In this document: positions 49,196 to 60,983 of the stretch, in pieces
Position numbering within the stretch: position 1 is the first letter of the stretch
Layout of the letters: every line of letters starts with the position of its first letter
Origin: Escherichia coli
GTDB lineage: Bacteria; Pseudomonadota; Gammaproteobacteria; Enterobacterales; Enterobacteriaceae
Assembly (NCBI RefSeq): GCF_003334765.1
Contig: NZ_QOWT01000002.1
Strand: one strand, 5' to 3'
DNA: 64,000 bases
The notes under the pieces: model-generated
The model's database searches: none
Seen by the model: only the letters and a program-made list of their open reading frames with translations
Told to the model about the DNA's origin: nothing
Program-made: the position numbers and the translations under genes

Positions 49196-49750
49196 TTACG
49201 GATTAATCGCGACCTGCGCAATGATACTTTGATCATTGAGTGCGATTACACTAAGTACGTCATTATCCAGCATGCCATAACTCGCCGGATTACCGCCTTT
49301 CGGAATACTCACCGAGCCGGGGTTGAAGTGGAAAATCTCCCCCCGCTGTTCTGCCACTGGCAGATGGGTATGACCGTACACCAGCACATCGTTCTGGTTT
49401 AAAGCAGGCAGATTTTCCGGGCCAAAAAGATGACCATGCGTCAAAAACAGACGTTGTTTTTCCAGTAATACCTGTTGCCACGGCGCGGTTATCGGGAAAT
49501 GCAGCAGCATTTGATCCACTTCGCTGTCGCAGTTGCCGCGCACAGCGATAACCTTATGTGCCACTTCATTAAGCCGTTCAGCGACTTTGGCTGGCGCGTA
49601 ACCCTCCGGTAAAGCATTACGCGGGCCGTGATTCAACACGTCGCCAAGGATCACCAGCCACTGGGCACCGCTTTGGGCAAACAACTCCAGAACACGTTCC
49701 GTCGCCGGTAACGACCCATGAATGTCCGATGCAAACATCAGTTTCATCAC
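49196..49750 (-). CDS. yfcE: YfcE, Mn-dependent metallophosphoesterase (phosphodiesterase)
   Basis: 184-aa ORF with DIHGS and GNCD motifs. Confidence 0.92.
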   Translation of the reverse strand: MMKLMFASDIHGSLPATERVLELFAQSGAQWLVILGDVLNHGPRNALPEGYAPAKVAERLNEVAHKVIAVRGNCDSEVDQMLLHFPITAPWQQVLLEKQRLFLTHGHLFGPENLPALNQNDVLVYGHTHLPVAEQRGEIFHFNPGSVSIPKGGNPASYGMLDNDVLSVIALNDQSIIAQVAINP

Positions 49751-49753
49751 TCA

Positions 49754-51230
<1,477 letters not shown>

Positions 51231-51286
51231 CAGAAACAGGTTCTCGTGTATTATTTCATCCTAAGTAAAACAACGGAGAACCTGCA

Positions 51287-51649
51287 ATGGCACAACCTGC
51301 CGCTATTATTCGTATAAAGAACCTTCGTTTGCGTACGTTTATCGGAATTAAGGAAGAAGAAATTAACAACCGTCAGGATATTGTTATCAATGTGACGATC
51401 CACTACCCCGCCGATAAAGCGCGCACTAGCGAAGATATCAACGATGCGCTGAATTATCGCACCGTAACGAAAAACATTATTCAGCATGTAGAGAATAACC
51501 GTTTCTCTTTGCTGGAAAAATTAACTCAGGATGTGCTCGATATCGCACGTGAACATCACTGGGTGACGTATGCTGAAGTGGAGATCGATAAACTGCACGC
51601 GCTGCGCTACGCCGATTCGGTATCCATGACCTTAAGCTGGCAGCGTTAA
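51287..51649 (+). CDS. folX: FolX, dihydroneopterin triphosphate 2'-epimerase
   Basis: 120-aa ORF recognised as FolX. Confidence 0.93.
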
Positions 51650-51669
51650 TCGCCATATCGGGAGGCTGC

Positions 51670-52563
51670 ATGAACATAGTGATCACCGGAGGGACAGGAT
51701 TAATTGGTCGCCATTTGATTCCGCGTTTGCTGGAGCTGGGCCATCAAATTACGGTAGTGACGCGTAACCCGCAGAAAGCCAGTTCCGTTCTCGGCCCTCG
51801 GGTGACACTATGGCAAGGGCTTGCCGATCAAAGCAACCTCAACGGCGTTGATGCGGTAATCAACCTGGCCGGAGAACCGATTGCTGATAAACGCTGGACT
51901 CACGAGCAAAAAGAGCGTCTCTGCCAAAGCCGCTGGAATATCACGCAAAAACTGGTCGATTTGATTAATGCCAGCGACACGCCACCGTCGGTACTCATTT
52001 CCGGCTCGGCAACGGGCTATTATGGTGACTTAGGTGAAGTGGTGGTTACCGAAGAGGAACCGCCGCATAACGAATTTACCCATAAACTCTGCGCTCGCTG
52101 GGAAGAAATTGCCTGCCGGGCGCAAAGTGACAAAACGCGAGTGTGCCTGCTGCGTACCGGTGTAGTGCTGGCACCGGATGGCGGTATTCTCGGTAAAATG
52201 CTGCCGCCGTTTCGTCTTGGCCTGGGCGGGCCGATTGGCTCTGGTCGGCAGTATCTGGCCTGGATTCATATTGATGATATGGTCAACGGTATTCTCTGGC
52301 TGCTGGATAACGAGCTGCGCGGGCCATTTAATATGGTTTCGCCCTACCCGGTACGCAATGAACAATTTGCCCATGCGCTCGGTCATGCGCTGCATCGCCC
52401 GGCCATTTTGCGCGTCCCCGCGACCGCCATTCGACTGTTAATGGGCGAATCTTCAGTACTGGTATTAGGTGGACAACGCGCGCTGCCTAAACGGCTGGAA
52501 GAAGCGGGTTTTGCGTTTCGCTGGTACGATTTAGAAGAGGCGCTGGCGGATGTCGTTCGCTGA
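51670..52563 (+). CDS. yfcH: YfcH, NAD-dependent epimerase/dehydratase-family protein
   Basis: 297-aa ORF with N-terminal Rossmann motif ITGGTGLIG. Confidence 0.9.
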
Positions 52564-52610
52564 TGTGGTTTACAGCAAACATCCGCCAGTTAACTCCCGG
52601 TGTTACAGGA

Positions 52611-53501
52611 TTAGTGGCTTTGCGCGATAAGATCGTCTGGTGAAAGTCGGGTCACCATCATAACTAACTCTCTGTCTAAACCTCTATCCAGCATCTCCTG
52701 AGCAATACGCAGGGCTTCTTCGTGTTTGCCCTGCATTGCGCCTTCTTCACGTAATCTGTCAGCAATGGTCATCAGTTTCTCCTTTTCTTGTGGTGCGCGT
52801 TCCGCTATCTCACCAATAAATGCACGAAAACGCTGGGCATCCCCTGTTTGTAATACGTAATTAAACAGGGCTTTTAGCTGTCTGTCATTAGTGTTCCCTG
52901 TAACTAGCAGCGAAACAATTTGGTCGACTAATCCCAACAGATCGCGCTGACGAATATGTTTCTGAATTAACTCCAACAGCGCCATTTTGCGGTGTTGCAT
53001 AATCTCGTCATCCGGCACCACGGTAATATCCACCAACGGAAAAGCCGATGAATATATTTTGCGGGCTATAGCAGGCTCGGCAAATTCATCAAGCCAGCAG
53101 AGTGAATAAGGATAAGGACTTCTGCAACCATGATAAAACAGCATCGGGAGCACCAATGGAAGCTCTTTATAGCCCGCATCAAGATGGTTTTGCATTGCCG
53201 CAATGGAATAACGCATCATGCGAAAAGCCATTAATTCTTCCGGCTTACTTTGGTGCTCTATCACTACATAAATATAACCCACTCCCTCCTGCGTTTTCAC
53301 AGACCACAAGAGGTCGGAATAATATTGCCGCAGGTCTTCATCAATAAAACTGTTTGGTTCCAGTTTAAGCGTCGTTAAATCACACAGTTTGCGCAGCGGC
53401 GCGGGAAGATGAATATCAATAAAATCCCGCGCGGTGTCTGGATGGCGTAAAAAAGATTTAAATACCGCATCATGCGGCGTGGAAGTTGTCGATATTGTCA
53501 T
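52611..53501 (-). CDS. rpnB: RpnB (YfcI), recombination-promoting nuclease of the transposase_31/PD-(D/E)xK family
   Basis: 296-aa ORF recognised as YfcI/RpnB; solitary, no terminal inverted repeats seen. Confidence 0.88.
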
Positions 53502-53667
53502 GGCGTTCCGTCACCCCTCAAATTTAAGATGACGCGACAATAACCACGATTAACACCCAATGCAGCAGGCAGTTTTTATCTTTGGACAGCGAATTCAGAA
53601 GTATTTTTAGCGGACTGTAACTTTTACATTTCAGCGGAAGCTGACTCGCAAATTCCCCATGAAAATA

Positions 53668-53691
53668 CTCCGGCAGCGTTAGCCACCGGAG
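53668..53691 (-). terminator. Hairpin just downstream of hisP (candidate operon terminator)
   Basis: CTCCGG...CCGGAG 6-bp stem with long loop, followed on the minus strand by UAUUUUC. Confidence 0.4.
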
Positions 53692-53697
53692 AGGAAA

Positions 53698-54471
53698 TTA
53701 TTTCAGCGATCCCTTAAGGAACCGTTGCAGACGAGGGCTTTGCGGGTTGCCAAATAACTGCTCCGGCGCGCCCTCTTCTTCTATTTTCCCCTGATGGAGG
53801 AAAATGACATGAGTAGAAACATGGCGAGCAAAGCCCATTTCGTGAGTCACTACCACCATGGTTTTCCCCTCTTCTGCCAGTTGCTGCATAATACGCAACA
53901 CTTCGCCTACCAGTTCAGGATCGAGCGCCGAGGTAGGTTCATCAAACAGTAAAACTTCCGGTTCCATCGCCAGCGCCCGCGCGATAGAAACACGCTGTTG
54001 CTGACCGCCGGAAAGATGCACCGGATATTTCCCCTGCGCACGTTCGTCTATCCCGACTTTTGCCAGATACTTCACCGCCCGCTCGCGCGCTTCCTGCTTG
54101 CTCAGGCCCAACACCTGAATCGGCGCTTCCATGACGTTTTCCAGCACCGTCATATGGCTCCAGAGATTGAAGTGCTGGAATACCATCGTCAGGCGTGTGC
54201 GCAGTAAGCGCAGTTGATTTTTATCGGCGACTTTGAGTTGACCGTCTTTGTCGCGCACCAGATTGATCGTCTGGCCATTGACCACGATCGACCCTTCACT
54301 CGGTTTTTCGAGGAAGTTAATGCAGCGCAGAAAGGTACTTTTCCCCGATCCCGACGATCCGATGATGCTTATTACATCTCCGGCATTCGCTTGCAGTGAT
54401 ACCCCTTTCAGCACTTCATGTTCGCCGTAGCGTTTGTGCAAATCGATAACGTTTAATTTATTCTCGGACAT
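53698..54471 (-). CDS. hisP: HisP, histidine/lysine-arginine-ornithine ABC transporter ATPase
   Basis: 257-aa ORF with Walker [10 protein letters not shown], signature LSGGQQQR, Walker [12 protein letters not shown]. Confidence 0.97.
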
Positions 54472-54478
54472 CGTATTC

Positions 54479-55195
54479 TCAGTGCGTTGAAGAAGGTTTC
54501 ACATGCTGCAACCAGCGTTTTTCCGCTCTGCGAAAGAGGCTGATCAGGACATAAGAGATGATTAAATAGAGCACCGCGGCAATGCCGAAGGCGGTAAAAG
54601 GTTGATACGTGGCGGCGTTAATATCGCGGGCTATTTTCAGCAGATCCGGCACCGTGGCAGTAAATGCCAACGCAGTAGAGTGCAGCATCAGGATCACTTC
54701 GTTGCTGTATGCCGGTAACGCAATACGCAGCGCAGAAGGCAAAATAATGCAGCGATACATTTTAAAAGTCGAGAAGCCATAGGCTCTGGCGGCTTCAATT
54801 TCCCCATGCGGAACCGAACGGATTGCCCCAGCAAAAATCTCGGTAGTGTAAGCGCAGGTGTTAAGCGTCAGCGCCAGCACGGTACAGTTCAGGCCACTGC
54901 GGAAGAAAGCGTTAAGGAATTCGGTTCCCTTAACAATCTCAAGCGTGTACATGCCGGAATAGAACACCAGCAACTGAACATACAGCGGCGTACCGCGAAA
55001 AATATAGGTAAATAACCAGATTGGAAACTGGATGTATTTATTACTGGAGACACGACCAATCGCCAGAAACAGCGCCAGGACTCCGCCTATCACTACCGAC
55101 AAAATAAGCAGCCACAGAGTGATCGCCACACCAGTAAAGCGATAACCGTCGGTCCACAGCAGCGGTTTCCAGTATTCATGTAAGATTTCGATCAC
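54479..55195 (-). CDS. hisM: HisM, ABC transporter permease
   Basis: 238-aa membrane protein; start overlaps hisQ stop by 4 nt. Confidence 0.95.
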   Translation of the reverse strand: MIEILHEYWKPLLWTDGYRFTGVAITLWLLILSVVIGGVLALFLAIGRVSSNKYIQFPIWLFTYIFRGTPLYVQLLVFYSGMYTLEIVKGTEFLNAFFRSGLNCTVLALTLNTCAYTTEIFAGAIRSVPHGEIEAARAYGFSTFKMYRCIILPSALRIALPAYSNEVILMLHSTALAFTATVPDLLKIARDINAATYQPFTAFGIAAVLYLIISYVLISLFRRAEKRWLQHVKPSSTH

Positions 55196-55878
55196 AGGTC
55201 AGCCCTCTTCACACCCACGGAGTAGCGGCGCTCAAGGAACAGCAGCACACCATTGGAAACAGTGGTGAAAACCAGGTAAATCACGCCACAGACGATGGCG
55301 AAATAGAACGGTTCCCAGGTACTTTTGCCTGCCAGTTGGGTGGCTTTGACCACATCTTCCAGGCCGAGTAACGAAACCAGTGCGGTAGATTTGAGGATCA
55401 CCTGCCAGTTGTTGCCAATGCCTGGCAGGGCGTAACGCATCATCGACGGAAACATGATCCGCCGAAACACTTGCCCACGAGTAAAACCGAACGCCGTCGC
55501 CGCCTCTATATGTCCTTTCGGCACTGCCATAAAAGCACCACGGAACGTTTCGGTAAAATAAGCACCGTAGATAAAACCGAGAGTGATAATACCAGCGACC
55601 ATCGGATCGATATCAATCTGCCCGACGCCCATCGCCTCCGTCACCGTGTTTAGCGCAATCTGCAAACCGTAGAAAATCAGCAGCATCAACACTAAGTCCG
55701 GCACGCCACGAATCAGCGTGGTGTACCCTTCGAAAATCAGCCCCGAAAGCCGATTTTGCGAGAGCTTACCGCCAGCGCCAATTAAACCGATGATTACAGC
55801 GAGCACTACAGAGCTGATAGCCAGCTCCAGCGTGACGAGCGCACCCTGTAAAATAACACCTGAAAACCCATACAACAT
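55192..55878 (-). CDS. hisQ: HisQ, ABC transporter permease
   Basis: 228-aa membrane protein; operon context. Confidence 0.95.
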   Translation of the reverse strand: MLYGFSGVILQGALVTLELAISSVVLAVIIGLIGAGGKLSQNRLSGLIFEGYTTLIRGVPDLVLMLLIFYGLQIALNTVTEAMGVGQIDIDPMVAGIITLGFIYGAYFTETFRGAFMAVPKGHIEAATAFGFTRGQVFRRIMFPSMMRYALPGIGNNWQVILKSTALVSLLGLEDVVKATQLAGKSTWEPFYFAIVCGVIYLVFTTVSNGVLLFLERRYSVGVKRADL

Positions 55879-55967
55879 GCTGCCTGTCCTGTCGTGTGTG
55901 GTGAATTACCGCCTCTTGTCTCCCTCCGGTTACCCGAAGGGAGCGGGCTTTCTTTCACCGATGGCGA

Positions 55968-56750
55968 TTAGCCACCATAAACATCAAAATCGAAGTACTT
56001 TTTCGCTAATTTCTCGTAAGTACCGTCAGCGCGCATTTCGGCAAAGGCTTTGTTCAGTGCTTCGCGCAGTTCGTTATCTTCTTTACGCAGGCCCATGCCG
56101 GTCCCTACGCCAAACAGTTTTTCATCTTTAACAGACGGGCCACCGAATTTGTAATCTTTACCGACAGGTTGTTTGAGGAAACCTTCGCTGGCAGCGACCT
56201 CATCCTGGAACGCGGCATCAATACGTCCGGCAGTCAGGTCAGAATAAATGTTGTCCTGCCCCTGATACGAGACGATTTCAATGCCTTTTGGTGCCCAATG
56301 TTCATTACCGAACGTCTCCTGGGTGGTGCCCTGCAATACGCCTACCCGTTTGCCTTTCAGCGACTCGACTGTCGGCTGAATGTCAGAATTTTTCGCCACC
56401 ACCAAACGAGAATCGGCAGCGTACAGTTTGTCGGTGAAGGCTATTTCTTGCTGACGTTTTTCCGTAATGGAAAGCGATGACATGATGGCGTCAATCTTCT
56501 TCGCTTTTAAGGACGGGATTAACGCATCCAGCGGATTTTCGACAAACGTACATTGCGTATTGATGCGTTTGCATAATTCCTTTGCCAGATCGATATCGAA
56601 GCCAACCAGTTCGCCTTGTGAATTTTTTGATTCAAATGGCGCATAGGTCGGGTCGGTACCGATGCGGATGTTTTGCGGAATCGCAGCAAACGCCGCAGTT
56701 GCGCTGGAGAAGGCCAGAACCAGAGAGAGCGATAGCACCAGTTTTTTCAT
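55968..56750 (-). CDS. hisJ: HisJ, periplasmic histidine-binding protein
   Basis: 260-aa ORF with signal peptide; paralogous to adjacent argT. Confidence 0.95.
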   Translation of the reverse strand: MKKLVLSLSLVLAFSSATAAFAAIPQNIRIGTDPTYAPFESKNSQGELVGFDIDLAKELCKRINTQCTFVENPLDALIPSLKAKKIDAIMSSLSITEKRQQEIAFTDKLYAADSRLVVAKNSDIQPTVESLKGKRVGVLQGTTQETFGNEHWAPKGIEIVSYQGQDNIYSDLTAGRIDAAFQDEVAASEGFLKQPVGKDYKFGGPSVKDEKLFGVGTGMGLRKEDNELREALNKAFAEMRADGTYEKLAKKYFDFDVYGG

Positions 56751-56970
56751 AATGTCCTCAACTGACAGTCTTTTTATAGGGAATATTTACAGGTTTGTTA
56801 CACTTATCGTGCCATAAAATTGACCATCAAGGCAAAATATCCCGCCCCGTTAGACGTATTATTTTTCATTAAAAATGCTTAAGTATGCATTTCAATGCAC
56901 CACGATAGTGCAACAAACCTGGCGTGCACCATGATGATCATTCCATCAGGTACAGCTTCCCAGCGACGTA

Positions 56971-57753
56971 TCAGTCACCGTAGACATTAAAGTCGAAATA
57001 CTTTTTCGCCATCTTGTCGTAGGTGCCGTCCTGACGCAGCTCGCCAAGCGCCTTATTGAAGGCAGCCGTCAGTTCAGCATCATCTTTACGTAGCCCTACA
57101 CCGGTGCCATCACCGAAGTATTTTTTGTCTTTTACTGATGAGCCAGCAAAGGCGAAATCTTTACCAGCAGGTTGCTTGAGGAATCCTTCGCTGGCAGCAA
57201 CTTCATCTTGTAACGCAGCATCCAGACGTCCTGCAGCCAGATCGGAATAGACCAAATCCTGGTTGGCATAGGCCACCACATCCACGCCTTTACTACGCCA
57301 GGTCTCGTTAGCGTAAGCTTCCTGGGTTGATCCCTGCAGCACACCAACATGTTTACCTTTCAGTGAATCCAGCGTTGGCTGAATCGGTGAACCTTTGGCC
57401 GCAATCAAACGAGAATCTGCGGCGTACAGCTTGTCGGAGAAGGCAATCTCCTGCTGACGTTTATCGGTAATGGAAAGCGACGAAATAATAGCGTCGATTT
57501 TTTTCGCTTTCAGTGAGGGGATCAGCGCGTCAAAGTCACTGGCAACCCAGGTACATTTCACCTGCATCCGTTTGCACATCTCGTTACCGAGATCGATATC
57601 AAAGCCAACAAAATCACCTTTAGCATCTTTCGATGAGAACGGTGCGTAGGTGGTATCGGTTCCGATACGTACCGTCTCCGGTAGCGCCGCATAGCTGGAA
57701 GCCGCTGTGGAGAGACCGACTAACAAAGACAGAGCGAGAATCGACTTCTTCAT
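56971..57753 (-). CDS. argT: ArgT, periplasmic lysine/arginine/ornithine-binding protein
   Basis: 260-aa ORF with signal peptide; about 70% identical to HisJ by eye. Confidence 0.95.
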   Translation of the reverse strand: MKKSILALSLLVGLSTAASSYAALPETVRIGTDTTYAPFSSKDAKGDFVGFDIDLGNEMCKRMQVKCTWVASDFDALIPSLKAKKIDAIISSLSITDKRQQEIAFSDKLYAADSRLIAAKGSPIQPTLDSLKGKHVGVLQGSTQEAYANETWRSKGVDVVAYANQDLVYSDLAAGRLDAALQDEVAASEGFLKQPAGKDFAFAGSSVKDKKYFGDGTGVGLRKDDAELTAAFNKALGELRQDGTYDKMAKKYFDFNVYGD

Positions 57754-57821
57754 ACATAACCCTCAAGTGAAAATGGCTTTTTTATGTTGTGTATTGTGTT
57801 GTGTGTTTGCAGGCTCTTTCA

Positions 57822-57837
57822 TGCAGGTCTTATGCCA
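57822..57837 (-). promoter_or_regulatory. Candidate sigma-54 (-24/-12) promoter of argT
   Basis: Minus strand reads TGGCATAAGACCTGCA (GG-N10-GC spacing of the TGGCAC-N5-TTGCA consensus), about 70 bp upstream of the argT ATG. Confidence 0.6.
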
Positions 57838-57987
57838 TCTTGACGACAACAGTAACATTCAACGTTAAATATGTTAATAAGACGTTGCATTATTGTCCTG
57901 AAGTTGAAGATAGCAGGTATAGCGGTTGAATCGCAGCGTTTCGATTGAATGGCAGAAACAAAATGTCGAGGATTTGATCGCGGTTGC

Positions 57988-58010
57988 AAAATTGCCCTGA
58001 AACAGGGCAA
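57988..58010 (-). terminator. Hairpin downstream of ubiX (candidate terminator of cvpA-purF-ubiX)
   Basis: TTGCCCTG-AAA-CAGGGCAA stem followed on the minus strand by UUUUGCAA, 9 nt after the ubiX stop. Confidence 0.55.
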
Positions 58011-58018
58011 CAGCGGAG

Positions 58019-58588
58019 TTATGCGCCCTGCCAGCGGGCAAAGAGATCTTCAGGAAGGGTTATCGCAAACTGGTCAAGAACACGATTAACCGTCTGATTT
58101 ATCACATCATCAAGGGATTGCGGGCGATGATAAAACGCCGGAACGGGAGGCATAATCACCGCACCGATTTCTGCCGCCTGAGTCATTAAACGCAGATGGC
58201 CTAAGTGCAATGGTGTTTCACGCACGCAGAGCACCAACGGGCGACGCTCTTTCAGCACCACATCTGCCGCACGGGTCAGTAAGCCATCAGTATAGCTATG
58301 GACAATGCCGGAAAGGGTTTTGATTGAACAGGGTAAAATCACCATCCCCAGCGTCTGGAAAGAACCGGAAGAGATGCTGGCGGCAATATCGCGCGCATCG
58401 TGCGTGACATCGGCTAATGCCTGCACTTCGCGCAGAGAAAAATCCGTTTCGAGGGATAAGGTCTGGCGCGCTGCCTGGCTCATCACCAGATGCGTTTCGA
58501 TATCTGTGACATCGCGCAGAACCTGTAATAAGCGCACGCCATAAATCGCGCCGCTGGCACCGCTGATGCCTACAATGAGTCGTTTCAT
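58019..58588 (-). CDS. ubiX: UbiX, flavin prenyltransferase
   Basis: 189-aa flavoprotein-fold ORF starting MKRLIVGISGASGA; last gene of the cvpA-purF-ubiX unit. Confidence 0.95.
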   Translation of the reverse strand: MKRLIVGISGASGAIYGVRLLQVLRDVTDIETHLVMSQAARQTLSLETDFSLREVQALADVTHDARDIAASISSGSFQTLGMVILPCSIKTLSGIVHSYTDGLLTRAADVVLKERRPLVLCVRETPLHLGHLRLMTQAAEIGAVIMPPVPAFYHRPQSLDDVINQTVNRVLDQFAITLPEDLFARWQGA

Positions 58589-58682
58589 AAATAGTTGCCC
58601 TGTCAGACTTGCAGGCAGACTTTGCAGGATTTCGGCGGGAGTTGCAAGTCAGGGTGCCAGACCGGCACCCTCAGCGAAGGCA

Positions 58683-60200
58683 TCATCCTTCGTTATGCAT
58701 TTCGAGATTTTCCACTTCGTTCTGACGTTGCACTGCTTTGGCGTCATCATTACGTAACGTATCGAGGAAATCGAGGTAGCCCTGATCAACATCTTTGGTG
58801 ACGTAGACGCCGTTGAACACCGAGCATTCAAACTGCTGGATATCCGGATTTTCAGCGCGAACGGCGTCGATCAGATCGTTCAGATCCTGGAAAATCAACC
58901 CGTCAGCACCGATGATCTGGCGAATTTCATCAACTTCGCGACCGTGAGCGATCAGTTCCGTGGCGCTCGGCATATCAATACCATAAACGTTCGGGAAGCG
59001 AATTTCCGGTGCCGCAGAAGCGAGGTACACTTTCTTCGCTCCGGCTTCGCGTGCCATCTCGATAATCTGCTCAGAAGTGGTGCCACGGACGATGGAGTCG
59101 TCGACCAGCAGGACGTTTTTATCGCGGAACTCGGCGCGGTTGGCATTCAGTTTACGGCGCACGGACTTACGACGCAGCTGCTGGCCCGGCATGATAAAGG
59201 TGCGGCCAACATAGCGGTTTTTAACGAAGCCCTGGCGGTACGGTTTGCCCAGAATACGAGCAATTTCCAGCGCGATATCACACGAGGTTTCTGGGATCGG
59301 GATCACCACGTCGATATCCAGATCTTCCCATTCGCGGGCAATTTTCTCGCCCAGTTTCGTGCCCATATTCACACGCGCGCTGTAAACGGAAATTTTGTCG
59401 ATAAACGAGTCCGGGCGGGCAAAGTATACATACTCAAACAGGCACGGATTGCTGACCGGATTGTCAGCACATTGACGGGTAAACAACTGCCCTTCTTCAG
59501 TGATGTAAATCGCTTCGCCCGGCGCGACGTCACGCAGGAAATCAAAGCCCAGCGTATCGAGCGCTACGCTTTCGGAAGCGACCATATATTCTGTACGGTT
59601 CTCGTCAATATCACGTTTTCCCAGTACCAGCGGACGAATCCCGTTTGGATCGCGGAAAGCAACCATACCGTGGCCGATAATCATCGCCACACAGGCATAC
59701 GCGCCGCGGATTAAGCGGTTTGTGGCAGCAATGGCAGCGAAAATATTGTCGGCTTCCAGCGGGTAGTGGCGGAAGTTGTCCAGCTCGCTGGCGAAGATAT
59801 TAAGCAGAATTTCCGAGTCGGAAGTGGTGTTGATGTGGCGGCGTTTTTCTTCAAACAGTTTTTTACGCAACTCGTGAGCGTTGGTCAGATTGCCGTTGTG
59901 GGCAAGCGTAATGCCATACGGGGAGTTAACGTAAAACGGCTGCGCTTCAGAGGCGCTGGAGCTGCCAGCCGTGGGGTAACGCACATGACCAATGCCCATA
60001 TTGCCCTGCAAACGCTGCATATGGCGAGCTTCAAATACATCGCTCACCAGCCCGTTCGCTTTACGCAAACGGAAGCAGTTATTGGCATCTATGGTGATGA
60101 TGCCGGCGGCATCCTGACCGCGATGCTGAAGCACCGTTAAGGCATCATAAATCGACTGGTTAACCGGCATAACACCGGCGATACCGACAATACCGCACAT
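58683..60200 (-). CDS. purF: PurF, amidophosphoribosyltransferase
   Basis: 505-aa ORF with N-terminal catalytic Cys (MCGIVGI) and PRPP-binding motif [13 protein letters not shown]. Confidence 0.97.
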
Positions 60201-60236
60201 ACGTCTTTTTCCTCGTTAAGCCACATCTCAGAGCAC

Positions 60237-60725
60237 TTACGCTCTGGGCAAGAAACTTGACGAGCTTTGCAGATAATCAAAAAACCATCTGATGATAAAA
60301 CTGAATTGCGGGATCAGCTGTGATTTGCTCCAGTCTTCGCTTTTCGACACCCCGGTAAAGGAGTCGAGAAAGAAGAGAATGGCAGCAACAATCAACACAC
60401 CGCGCAACGCACCGAAACAGACGCCCAGCACCCGATCGGTGCCTGACAACCCCGTTTTCTCCACCAACTGGCCTATCACGAAGTTCACGATAGCACCAAC
60501 GATCAGGGTAGCGATAAACAGTACCGCGATGGCAATCCCATTTCGAACCAGTTCGTCTTCAAAGCCCGTAAACCAGACTGACAGGTAAGTGTAGTAATGA
60601 CTGGCAACAAAGAAAGCACAACCCCATGTCACCAGCGATAACGCTTCACGAACAAAGCCGCGGATCAGGCTAACCAGAGAGGAAAAAGCAATCACCGCGA
60701 TTATGGCGTAATCAATCCAGACCAT
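60237..60725 (-). CDS. cvpA: CvpA, colicin V production membrane protein
   Basis: 162-aa membrane protein; PurR operator about 60 bp upstream. Confidence 0.94.
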   Translation of the reverse strand: MVWIDYAIIAVIAFSSLVSLIRGFVREALSLVTWGCAFFVASHYYTYLSVWFTGFEDELVRNGIAIAVLFIATLIVGAIVNFVIGQLVEKTGLSGTDRVLGVCFGALRGVLIVAAILFFLDSFTGVSKSEDWSKSQLIPQFSFIIRWFFDYLQSSSSFLPRA

Positions 60726-60781
60726 ATGTGTCCCACGATTTTACGCCCTGTCATCCTGTTCGGGGCGCATTCTAACAGAAA

Positions 60782-60797
60782 AAGAAAACGTTTGCGT
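60782..60797 (-). promoter_or_regulatory. PurR operator (pur box) in the cvpA-purF-ubiX promoter
   Basis: Minus strand reads ACGCAAACGTTTTCTT, a perfect match to the 16-bp PurR box, about 57-72 bp upstream of the cvpA start. Confidence 0.85.
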
Positions 60798-60890
60798 AGG
60801 GATTTCCTTCCCGCGCATCAATAAAAATGGCGCTGAAAAAATATTCAACGCCATCGACTTTTTATGCCTTTGCGGCATCGGGCAATGCGT

Positions 60891-60974
60891 GTCGGATGCG
60901 GCGTAAACGCCTTATCCGACCTACGGTTCTACCCCTGCGTAGGCCTGATAAGACGCGCCAGCGTCGCATCAGGC
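60891..60974. repeat. BIME (two inverted REP elements) between cvpA and dedD
   Basis: GTCGGATGCGGCGTAAACGCCTTATCCGACCTACG followed by GTAGGCCTGATAAGACGCGCCAGCGTCGCATCAGGC. Confidence 0.8.
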
Positions 60975-60983
60975 AAGACCGTA

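Noticed and set aside
52611-53501. rpnB as evidence of a mobile element.
   Set aside because: Transposase-like fold but no terminal inverted repeats, target-site duplication or partner genes; it is a domesticated chromosomal nuclease gene.
56751-56970. Possible sigma-54 promoter and NtrC half-site (TGCACCA) upstream of hisJ.
   Set aside because: GG/GC spacing of the best candidate is off by one and only a half-site is present; insufficient to call.
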